From Candidatus Arthromitus sp. SFB-rat-Yit (GTDB lineage Bacteria; Bacillota; Clostridia; Clostridiales; Clostridiaceae), in NCBI RefSeq assembly GCF_000283555.1, contig NC_016012.1, forward strand, positions 1,470,001-1,502,000: a DNA stretch of 32,000 nt, read 5' to 3'. Below are positions 18,667-26,407 of this stretch, piece by piece. Each line of letters opens with the position of its first letter. Position 1 is the stretch's first letter. The notes beneath the pieces are model-generated. The model saw only the letters and a list, made by a program, of their open reading frames with translations. It did no database searches and was not told the DNA's origin. Position numbers and translations under genes: made by a program.

Positions 18667-20229
18667 ATGAAAAATACCTACTATATAACAACACCTATAT
18701 ATTATGCCTCAGGAAATTTACATATTGGACATACATATACGACAATAATGAGTGATTCAATAGCTAGATTCAAAAGACTTCAGGGATATAATGTAAAATT
18801 TTTAACAGGAACTGACGAACATGGACTAAAAATACAACAAAATGCTGAAAAAGCTTCAAAAAATCCTAAAGAATATGTTAATGAAATAGTTGAAAAAATT
18901 AAGTTTCTTTGGGAATTGTTTAATATAGATTATGACATATTTATAAGAACAACTGATGACTATCATATAGAAACTGTTCAAAATATATTTGAAAATTTAT
19001 ACAAGAATGGAGATATCTACAAAGGTACATATAAAGGACATTATTGTATACCTTGTGAATCATTTTTAACAGAAACTCAGTTAATTGATAATAAATGTCC
19101 AGACTGTAAACGTGATGTAATTATACAAAAAGAGGATGCTTATTTTTTCAAAATCAGTAAATATGCTGATAAATTATTAAAACACATAGAAGAAAATCCA
19201 TTATTTATTCAACCAGAATCACGAAAGAATGAAATGATAAATAACTTTATAAAACCTGGACTTCAAGATTTATGTGTTTCTAGAACTAGTTTGAAATGGG
19301 GAATACCTGTAAAATTTGACAGCGATCACGTTGTTTATGTGTGGATAGATGCTCTATCAAATTACATATCTGCCTTAGGTTATAGAAATAATAGGGAAAA
19401 TCTTATGGATTCTTTTTGGCCTGCTGATCTTCATGTTGTTGGAAAAGAGATAGTTAGATTTCATGTAATTTATTGGCCCATTATGTTATTTGCGCTTAAT
19501 CTTCCTCTTCCAAAACAGGTATTTGGTCATGGATGGCTTCTTATAAATGGAAATAAAATGTCTAAATCTCAAGGTAGTGTAATTGATCCTATTATTTTAT
19601 CAAAACATTTTTCAATTGATTCTATAAGATATTTCCTTTTACGTGAGGTTAATTTTGGAAATGACGGTGTATTTAATAATGAATTGTTTATGATGAAAGT
19701 GAATAGTGACTTGTCTAATTTATTAGGTAATCTTATATCAAGAACCATATCTATGGTAATAAAATATTTTAACGGCGTTATTCCTAATCAAACTGAAATA
19801 TTGAATGATGATATGGAACTTATAAATTCAGTTAAAAATTTAAAGGATAAAGTTACTTCATACATGGATCAATTAAAAATATCAAATGCATTATCTGAAA
19901 TATTTAATTGTATAAGCCTATCAAATAAATATATAGATGAAACTAAACCATGGATTCTTGGCGGAGATAAAAATTCTATAGATAGACTTAAAACTGTTTT
20001 ATACAATTTATGTGAATCTATACGTGTGTTTTCAATTCTTCTATCTCCATTTATGCCAAATACATCAAAAGAAATAAAATGTAAACTAAATTATGAAATC
20101 GACTCCTTCGATTCAATTTCAGAATTTAATGGAACAAAAGCTGGAACTATAGTTCAAAAAGGAGAAAATTTATTCCCAAGAATAAATATTGAAGAAAAAT
20201 TAAAAGAACTTTTAAACAAATACATTTAA
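18667..20229 (+). CDS. metG: Methionine--tRNA ligase, short form without the C-terminal tRNA-binding domain
   Basis: 520 aa. HIGH motif (NLHIGHTYT), KMSKS motif (GNKMSKSQG) and a CxxC...CxxC zinc knuckle (CIPCES...CPDCK). Confidence 0.95.
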   Translation: MKNTYYITTPIYYASGNLHIGHTYTTIMSDSIARFKRLQGYNVKFLTGTDEHGLKIQQNAEKASKNPKEYVNEIVEKIKFLWELFNIDYDIFIRTTDDYHIETVQNIFENLYKNGDIYKGTYKGHYCIPCESFLTETQLIDNKCPDCKRDVIIQKEDAYFFKISKYADKLLKHIEENPLFIQPESRKNEMINNFIKPGLQDLCVSRTSLKWGIPVKFDSDHVVYVWIDALSNYISALGYRNNRENLMDSFWPADLHVVGKEIVRFHVIYWPIMLFALNLPLPKQVFGHGWLLINGNKMSKSQGSVIDPIILSKHFSIDSIRYFLLREVNFGNDGVFNNELFMMKVNSDLSNLLGNLISRTISMVIKYFNGVIPNQTEILNDDMELINSVKNLKDKVTSYMDQLKISNALSEIFNCISLSNKYIDETKPWILGGDKNSIDRLKTVLYNLCESIRVFSILLSPFMPNTSKEIKCKLNYEIDSFDSISEFNGTKAGTIVQKGENLFPRINIEEKLKELLNKYI

Positions 20230-20269
20230 AGGCAAATAGAATTCTATTTGCCTTTAAATGTATTTGTTT
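20214..20269. terminator. 56-bp perfect palindrome (28-bp arms) acting as the metG terminator
   Basis: The left arm AAACAAATACATTTAAAGGCAAATAGAA (20214-20241) is the exact reverse complement of the right arm TTCTATTTGCCTTTAAATGTATTTGTTT (20242-20269), checked base by base. The left arm contains the last metG codons and the TAA stop. Confidence 0.7.
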
Positions 20270-20405
20270 GGATAATACTATACAATTATATATATATTTT
20301 ACATTACTTAATTAAGAATTTTAAAACAAATTTTAAACAATACTATATGTGTTAATAATATATATATCCTATATTTTTAATATTTTAATAAATGCCTTTA
20401 AAGCC

Positions 20406-20434
20406 TTGAAATATATACTTATTAAAACTAAAAT
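20406..20434 (+). promoter_or_regulatory. Candidate sigma-A promoter for rplI-lonC (TTGAAA-17 nt-TAAAAT)
   Basis: TTGAAA at 20406-20411 and TAAAAT at 20429-20434. Hexamer matches like this are common in AT-rich DNA, so confidence is low. Confidence 0.35.
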
Positions 20435-20485
20435 ATTCTTATTATAATTTATAATGTAAATTATTTATTTTACGGAGGTATTTAA

Positions 20486-20929
20486 ATGAAAGTTATACTC
20501 ACTAATGACATTAAAAATGTAGGAAAAAAAAATGATTTAATTGAAGTATCGGATGGATATGCAAGAAATTTCTTATTTCCTAAAAAATTAGCCATAGAAG
20601 CTAATGATGCAAATTTAAATACATTAAATTACAACAAGGAAATAGAACGTCAAGAACGCATCAAAAAAATTGAAGAATTTCAAGAAATAGCAAATAAATT
20701 AAGAGGAAAAGAAATTATAATTACTACAAAGCTTGGTACTAACGGAAAACTATTTGGATCAATAACATCTAAAGATATTTGTAATAAAATAAATTCACAA
20801 TTCAAATTAAATATAGACAAAAAGAAAATATCATTTGAACAAATTAAATCTTTAGGAAATTATCCAATCTCAATAAAATTATGCCCAGAGGTTTCAGTTA
20901 ATATGGTACTAAAAGTTACTAGCGACTAA
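20486..20929 (+). CDS. rplI: 50S ribosomal protein L9
   Basis: 147 aa. MKVILTNDIKNVGKKNDLIEVSDGYARNFLFPKKLAIEA is the canonical L9 N-domain. Confidence 0.95.
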   Translation: MKVILTNDIKNVGKKNDLIEVSDGYARNFLFPKKLAIEANDANLNTLNYNKEIERQERIKKIEEFQEIANKLRGKEIIITTKLGTNGKLFGSITSKDICNKINSQFKLNIDKKKISFEQIKSLGNYPISIKLCPEVSVNMVLKVTSD

Positions 20930-20976
20930 TTTTAAAACTTGATTTATATTTTATTAAGTACTAAGGGGGAGAGAAT

Positions 20977-22893
20977 TTGAATTCTGATGTTACAATCGAT
21001 GAAATTGAGAAATTAATTGAAGAAAGTAATAACATTGAGTTTAGAGTCAATGTTTTATATGAAATGCTTGAAAAATTATTTGACAAAAATATTATAAATG
21101 ATAGAATTTCTAAATTTAAATTACCAAAATATATTTCAAGTAAAAATGTTAATGAAAAACTCTATAGTATAAATGTAATTGCTAGCAATGGAAAATCATT
21201 AGTTGAGGTTCCTTCTGATAACGATTTAGAAAAAATTTATTTAATTACTAAAAATATAATAGTTGAAGAAATTAGCCGTAGATATATTCAAAGTAAAATT
21301 GAAAATGAAGTTGAAAATATATTAAATGAAAAACAAGATAAATATATTGATGAAATCAAACTACAAATTATCAAAAAAAATAAAGGTCCTGAAAATACTA
21401 AAACACTCAAAAAGTATGCTCAGCTTGAAATGTTAAACAAAAAACAATTAAATAAAAATATACAGCATCTTTTAAGACCTAAATCTTTTTGTGAAATACT
21501 TGGGCAAAATCGTCCAATTAAATCATTAATTTCCAAACTTGTTTCTGAATATCCTCAACATATTTTAATTTATGGCCCACCTGGAGTTGGCAAAACTTCT
21601 GCAGCTAGACTTGCATTAGAAGAAGCTAAAAAATTTGATTTTACACCATTTAATGAAAAATCAAAATTCATAGAGGTAAATGGAACAACATTAAGATGGG
21701 ATCCAAGAGAAGTTACAAATCCTCTGCTCGGTTCTGTTCATGATCCAATTTATCAAGGAAGTAAAAAAGATTTAGCTGAAATAGGAATACCTGAACCAAA
21801 ACCAGGACTTGTTACAGAGGCACATGGTGGAATTTTATTTATAGATGAAATTGGTGAACTTGATTTAATATTGCAAAACAAATTATTAAAGGTTCTTGAA
21901 GATAAAAAAGTAGAATTTTCATCAGCATATTATGATCCAGATGATGAAAACATACCTAAGTATATAAAATTTTTATTTGATAATGGCGCTCCTGCAGATT
22001 TCATATTAATAGGTGCTACTACCCGTGAACCTCACGAAATAAATCCTGCTCTTAGATCTAGATGTACAGAAATATTTTTTGAACCTCTCACATCAAATGA
22101 TATAGATAAAATTGTAATAAATTCTGCTGAAAAATTAAATATAAAATTAGAGGATGGTGTTCCATCATTAATAAGTGAACATTGTATAGAGGGGAGAAAA
22201 GCAACTGGAATAGTAAGTGATGCTTATAGTTATACACTATATAAGGAAAATAAAAATTCAGATATTATAATAACAAAAGATATAGTAAAAGAGGTTTTAT
22301 CATTATCCCGTATTACTCCATTTATAAATAAAGATGAAATAAAAAATCCACAAATTGGTTTAATAAAAGGACTTGGAGTTAATGGATTTTTAGGTTCAAT
22401 TTTAAATTTTGAATGTGAAACATTCAAGGCTAAAAAATCTTCAAAAGGTAAATTTAGGTTTAATGAAACTGCAGGATCTATGGCAAAGGATTCAGTGTTT
22501 AATGCATCAACCGTTATACGAAAACTTACTGGAATTGATTTAAGTGACTATGATATACATTTGAATGCTATAGGTGGTGGAAAAATTGATGGTCCATCTG
22601 CAGGATCTGCAATAACTATATGTATATTAAGCTCTATTTTAAACAAACCGATAATTCAAGATGTAGCTATAACAGGCGAAATCTCAATAAAAGGATCTAT
22701 TAAAAAAGTCGGAGGCATATTTGAAAAAATTTATGCTGCTAGACGAAATGGTTTGAATCATGTAATAATACCAAAAGAAAATAAAAATGATGTTCCTAAA
22801 GATATCGATGATATTAACATTATCTATGTAAATAATATAAATGATGTTATAAAATTTATATTTAAAGATACTTCATTAATTAATAGTATTTAA
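20977..22893 (+). CDS. lonC: Lon-family ATP-dependent protease of the LonC type (AAA+ module plus S16 protease domain)
   Basis: 638 aa, TTG start after AAGGGGGAG. Walker A GPPGVGKTS, Walker B ILFIDEIGE, protease Ser motif DGPSAGSA and downstream catalytic-Lys region GGIFEKIYAA. No LonA-type N-domain. Sits between rplI and dnaB, as I recall for clostridial genomes. Confidence 0.8.
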   Translation: MNSDVTIDEIEKLIEESNNIEFRVNVLYEMLEKLFDKNIINDRISKFKLPKYISSKNVNEKLYSINVIASNGKSLVEVPSDNDLEKIYLITKNIIVEEISRRYIQSKIENEVENILNEKQDKYIDEIKLQIIKKNKGPENTKTLKKYAQLEMLNKKQLNKNIQHLLRPKSFCEILGQNRPIKSLISKLVSEYPQHILIYGPPGVGKTSAARLALEEAKKFDFTPFNEKSKFIEVNGTTLRWDPREVTNPLLGSVHDPIYQGSKKDLAEIGIPEPKPGLVTEAHGGILFIDEIGELDLILQNKLLKVLEDKKVEFSSAYYDPDDENIPKYIKFLFDNGAPADFILIGATTREPHEINPALRSRCTEIFFEPLTSNDIDKIVINSAEKLNIKLEDGVPSLISEHCIEGRKATGIVSDAYSYTLYKENKNSDIIITKDIVKEVLSLSRITPFINKDEIKNPQIGLIKGLGVNGFLGSILNFECETFKAKKSSKGKFRFNETAGSMAKDSVFNASTVIRKLTGIDLSDYDIHLNAIGGGKIDGPSAGSAITICILSSILNKPIIQDVAITGEISIKGSIKKVGGIFEKIYAARRNGLNHVIIPKENKNDVPKDIDDINIIYVNNINDVIKFIFKDTSLINSI

Positions 22894-22896
22894 GGT

Positions 22897-23451
22897 TTAA
22901 AAATTTGGAGGAGTACTTACCCAGATGACACATGCCTCAACATGTTTAGATGTATTTTCTATATAGTGATCTGTTTCTGGTGAAAAATAAAAGGACTCTC
23001 CTTTTTTTACCCTTATCTTCCTACTTCCTAAATTTAAATAAATACTCCCTGAAATAACATATCCAAATTCTTCACCTTCATGTGGATTTTCTTTAAATGT
23101 TTTTCCCCCACCTTGTAAATATACCATAATAGGCTCCATTCTGTTTTTCTGTGAATTAGGTACAATCCAGTATATATCATGTTTCAATTCATTATTATTA
23201 GTTACAAAAAAATCATTCTTACTAAAACAAATCTTCTCATTATATTCTTCACTAAAAAATTCCTTTAAATTTGTTCCTAAGCATTCCAAAATATCCACAA
23301 GAGTAGCTATTGAAGGAGATGTCAAATCTCTCTCTAATTGAGATATAAATCCTTTAGACAATTCACTTCTATCTGCTAATTCCTCTTGAGTAAGACCATT
23401 TTTAATTCTTAAAAATTTTATTTTTTTCCCGATCTTCATTACAAACTCCAT
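22897..23451 (-). CDS. XRE-family HTH transcriptional regulator with a C-terminal cupin domain
   Basis: 184 aa. N-terminal HTH_3 (IKFLRIKNGLTQEELADRSELSKGFISQLERD). C-terminal cupin motifs (HEGEEFGYVISGSI ... GESFYF). Confidence 0.85.
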   Translation of the reverse strand: MEFVMKIGKKIKFLRIKNGLTQEELADRSELSKGFISQLERDLTSPSIATLVDILECLGTNLKEFFSEEYNEKICFSKNDFFVTNNNELKHDIYWIVPNSQKNRMEPIMVYLQGGGKTFKENPHEGEEFGYVISGSIYLNLGSRKIRVKKGESFYFSPETDHYIENTSKHVEACVIWVSTPPNF

Positions 23452-23520
23452 ATAAAAATTAATAAATATTAAACTTAAAGTTTAAAATAGTAAACTAATT
23501 ATAATTTAACATTATTTTAT

Positions 23521-23550
23521 TTGTCAATTATACTAATTACCTTCTATAAT
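23521..23550 (+). promoter_or_regulatory. Candidate sigma-A promoter of dnaB (TTGTCA-18 nt-TATAAT)
   Basis: TTGTCA at 23521-23526 and TATAAT at 23545-23550, 37 nt upstream of the dnaB ATG. Confidence 0.45.
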
Positions 23551-23586
23551 ATAATAATAAAATATTTTATGTAAGGAACTAATTTT

Positions 23587-24906
23587 ATGGATAATAAAAT
23601 TTCACCGAATAATATAGAATCAGAACAAACCATATTAGGTGCTATGATAATATATAAAAATACTATTCATGAAATAATAGATACTATAAATGTGGATGAT
23701 TTCTATAAAGATGCACACAAAAATATCTTCAAAACTATAAAAAATATGTTTTTAAAAGATATACAAGTAGATTTAATTTCTCTTATAGAATATTTAAAAA
23801 AAGATTCTCTCTTAGAAGAATCTGGAGGATCTTTATACATAACCGATATATCAAATTCAATAGCAACAATTGCTAATTTGCAAACACATATTAAAATAGT
23901 TAAAGATAATTCTATTTTAAGGAAACTTATTAAAATATCTAATGAAACACTTGATCGTATATATAAAAAAGATGATCCTAACTTATTAATTGAAAATATA
24001 CAGAGAAGTGTATTTGATTTATCAATATCTGAAACTAAATCTGATATTGAACCCCTAAATAATATACTAGATAGAACAATTAAACATATTGAAAACCTAT
24101 ATATTAATAATCTATCCTTTGTTGGATTATCTTCTGGATTTTACGATTTAGATTTAAAACTATCTGGATTACAAAAATCTCAAATGATATTAATAGCTGC
24201 AAGACCATCTATGGGAAAAACTACTTTTGCATTAAATATTGCTGAAAATGTAGCAATTAAAGAAAACAAAACTGTACTAATATTTTCTCTTGAAATGAGT
24301 AAAGAACAACTAACTAATAAATTAATATCATCAATAACAAAAATTAATATACAAAAACTTCAAACTGGAAATTTAGATGACTCTGATTTAGATCAATTAG
24401 TAAAAGGTACCGAAATTATATCTAGAGCCAAAATATATATAGACGATACTCCTAACATATCAATTACAGAAATGAGATCTAAATGCCGAAAATTAAAATT
24501 CTCAACAAATATAGATTTAATAATCATAGATTATCTACAACTTATGAGTGGAAATTCAAGAAATGAAAGTAGACAACAAGAAGTTTCAGAAATTTCTCGT
24601 TTCATAAAAGCTTTGTCCAAAGAAATTAATTGTCCTATAATCGCATTATCTCAATTATCACGTGCTCCAGAACAAAGATCAGATCATAGACCAATGTTAT
24701 CTGATTTGCGTGAATCAGGATCTATAGAACAAGATTCTGATATAGTAATGCTTCTATATAGGGATGAGTACTATAATAAGGACACAGAATATAAAAATAT
24801 TGCTGAATGTATAATTGCAAAACATAGAAATGGAGAAGTTGGAACTATAAAACTCGCCTGGATAGGTCAATATTCAAAATTCGAGAATCTAGATAATAAC
24901 CATTAA
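23587..24906 (+). CDS. dnaB: Replicative DNA helicase DnaB (DnaC in B. subtilis nomenclature)
   Basis: 439 aa. N-terminal PNNIESEQTILGAMI, Walker A ARPSMGKTTFALN, Walker B IIIDYLQLM, and the SQLSR and LRESGSIEQDSD motifs. Confidence 0.95.
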   Translation: MDNKISPNNIESEQTILGAMIIYKNTIHEIIDTINVDDFYKDAHKNIFKTIKNMFLKDIQVDLISLIEYLKKDSLLEESGGSLYITDISNSIATIANLQTHIKIVKDNSILRKLIKISNETLDRIYKKDDPNLLIENIQRSVFDLSISETKSDIEPLNNILDRTIKHIENLYINNLSFVGLSSGFYDLDLKLSGLQKSQMILIAARPSMGKTTFALNIAENVAIKENKTVLIFSLEMSKEQLTNKLISSITKINIQKLQTGNLDDSDLDQLVKGTEIISRAKIYIDDTPNISITEMRSKCRKLKFSTNIDLIIIDYLQLMSGNSRNESRQQEVSEISRFIKALSKEINCPIIALSQLSRAPEQRSDHRPMLSDLRESGSIEQDSDIVMLLYRDEYYNKDTEYKNIAECIIAKHRNGEVGTIKLAWIGQYSKFENLDNNH

Positions 24907-24934
24907 AGGAGTATTCAAAATTGAATACTCCTTT
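24905..24934. terminator. Hairpin between convergent dnaB and the rlmH-like gene
   Basis: Arms AAAGGAGTATTC (24905-24916) and GAATACTCCTTT (24923-24934), loop AAAATT. The U-tracts are weak on both strands. Confidence 0.55.
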
Positions 24935-24959
24935 AATAATCTTAAATTCATATATTTAA

Positions 24960-25352
24960 TCATTTATGATATGGCTCATTATTAATTATTTTATATGCTC
25001 TATATATCTGCTCCAATAAAATCAAAACTAGTAAATCTTTACTCAAATTAAAACATACAAAACAGATATTATGATATAATTTATTAAATTTAACAAAAAA
25101 AATATTAATGTTTTTTACTCTATTTATAGATTTATATTTTATAATATCACTAAATTCAATAGAATTCATATATTCGCCATCTACTGTTGTTACATTAATA
25201 TTATAATCATCACGACCAATCAATTTATTATCCAAAGAATAATAAACATTAATCTTAACAAACTTAGTAATCCTTTTATAATAGTCCATTATAGCTTGAA
25301 TTAAATTTGAATTCTTTAAGTCTCTCTTGTCTAAAAATAAATTTATCTTCAC
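24960..25352 (-). CDS. RlmH-like SPOUT protein, paralogue B (keeps the C-terminal tail, lacks the SAM-loop motifs)
   Basis: 130 aa, GTG start in a GTGA overlap with the upstream stop. The C-terminus LLEQIYRAYKIINNEPYHK is a near-perfect RlmH C-terminal signature. The positions of the GG(S/P)xG loop and the (T/L)xPH motif read FFVKFNKLYHNI and NLSKDLL. Confidence 0.6.
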   Translation of the reverse strand: MKINLFLDKRDLKNSNLIQAIMDYYKRITKFVKINVYYSLDNKLIGRDDYNINVTTVDGEYMNSIEFSDIIKYKSINRVKNINIFFVKFNKLYHNICFVCFNLSKDLLVLILLEQIYRAYKIINNEPYHK

Positions 25353-25738
25353 TTTAAAAACATCTTTTCTACAAACTGTAATGCAATCAACTTAAATATC
25401 TGATGTGGATATGTAAAATCACTTAATTTAATAACATAATTACATTTATTCCTTACTTCATCACATACTCCTTCACTTCCACCAATTATAAAATAAACAT
25501 GCTTGTTAATATTTTTAATCTTATTAATTTCATTCAAATTCTTTGTACCATTTAAATCAAATAATACATACAAGCTATTTTTATTCTTATTTATCATATT
25601 TAATATACTATTACTTTCTAATCTTTTATTACTCTCCTTTATATTTATAAAATTGATCTTACCCTTGTAATTATTCTCAATTTTCTTGAAATAATCTTTT
25701 AGTATACCTACAGAAATTAAACTTACTTCCCGCAACAT
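25349..25738 (-). CDS. rlmH: RlmH-like SPOUT methyltransferase, paralogue A (keeps the SAM-loop motifs, lacks the C-terminal tail)
   Basis: 129 aa. VSLISVGILKDYF (RlmH N-terminus), YFIIGGSEGVCDEV (glycine SAM loop), LSDFTYPHQIF (knot motif). It ends at ...LQFVEKMFLK without the YRA...EPYHK tail. Its position downstream of walJ matches the B. subtilis yycJ...rlmH neighbourhood. Confidence 0.65.
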   Translation of the reverse strand: MLREVSLISVGILKDYFKKIENNYKGKINFINIKESNKRLESNSILNMINKNKNSLYVLFDLNGTKNLNEINKIKNINKHVYFIIGGSEGVCDEVRNKCNYVIKLSDFTYPHQIFKLIALQFVEKMFLK

Positions 25739-26220
25739 TTCTTATACTTCTTACCACTACCACATGTACATAATTCATTCCTTCCAATTTTTACACTATT
25801 TACTACAACCTTAGATGATCTCCATTTGGATGTTATTTCTCTAATCTTTTCTTCAGTTAAAATCTCACTCCACTCATTTAAATTAAATAAATAATCTGCC
25901 TTAGCATCTAACATATTAAAATACAACTCTTCTACATTAATATCAAAATCTATTTTATCTTCTAATGTAATATTTTCTATATCTATATTTGTATTTAAAC
26001 TCTCACTTATACCATCAACAAATCCTACTATAAATTCCTCACTTATATCGTATTTTTTAGATAATTCACTAATACTAGATGTAAATTTAAAATTCTTATT
26101 ACCAAGTATATCCTTATAAATTTTTAATTCAACATTCTTATACTCATTCCAAAATACTGCTTCCCCTTTTGTCTTAACAAATTCCGTAACCATATTAGTC
26201 CATTTATTATATAAATTCAT
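25723..26220 (-). CDS. SEC-C metal-binding motif protein
   Basis: 165 aa ending in CTCGSGKKYKKCCGK, the SecA C-terminal-type zinc motif. Confidence 0.7.
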   Translation of the reverse strand: MNLYNKWTNMVTEFVKTKGEAVFWNEYKNVELKIYKDILGNKNFKFTSSISELSKKYDISEEFIVGFVDGISESLNTNIDIENITLEDKIDFDINVEELYFNMLDAKADYLFNLNEWSEILTEEKIREITSKWRSSKVVVNSVKIGRNELCTCGSGKKYKKCCGK

Positions 26221-26243
26221 AAAAACACCTCTTTAAAATATAA

Positions 26244-26402
26244 TTAATCTATTACCATATATTTTGCATACTTATTGCAATAATTACAATAGTTATTATC
26301 CTTATTAAATTCAATATTTGGAATCAATCCATATTTATTAATAAAATCATCAATAACATAATCTATATGTTCTTCACATGAACAAAACATATTATTTATC
26401 AT
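26244..26402 (-). CDS. Small CxxH/CxxC protein (BA_5709/YyzF-like), not in the supplied ORF track
   Basis: Hand translation gives MINNMFCSCEEHIDYVIDDFINKYGLIPNIEFNKDNNYCNYCNKYAKYMVID (52 aa), with an N-terminal CEEH and a C-terminal CNYC. It starts 5 nt after the walJ-like stop and its own TAA is at 26244-26246. Confidence 0.65.
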   Translation of the reverse strand: MINNMFCSCEEHIDYVIDDFINKYGLIPNIEFNKDNNYCNYCNKYAKYMVID

Positions 26403-26407
26403 TTCAT

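Noticed and set aside
19340-25420. DnaA-box-like 8/9 matches (TGTGGATAG in metG, ATATCCACA in the XRE gene, TGTGGATAT in rlmH-like A), considered as oriC
   Set aside because: They are isolated, lie inside coding regions, and are neither clustered nor next to an AT-rich unwinding element or dnaA.
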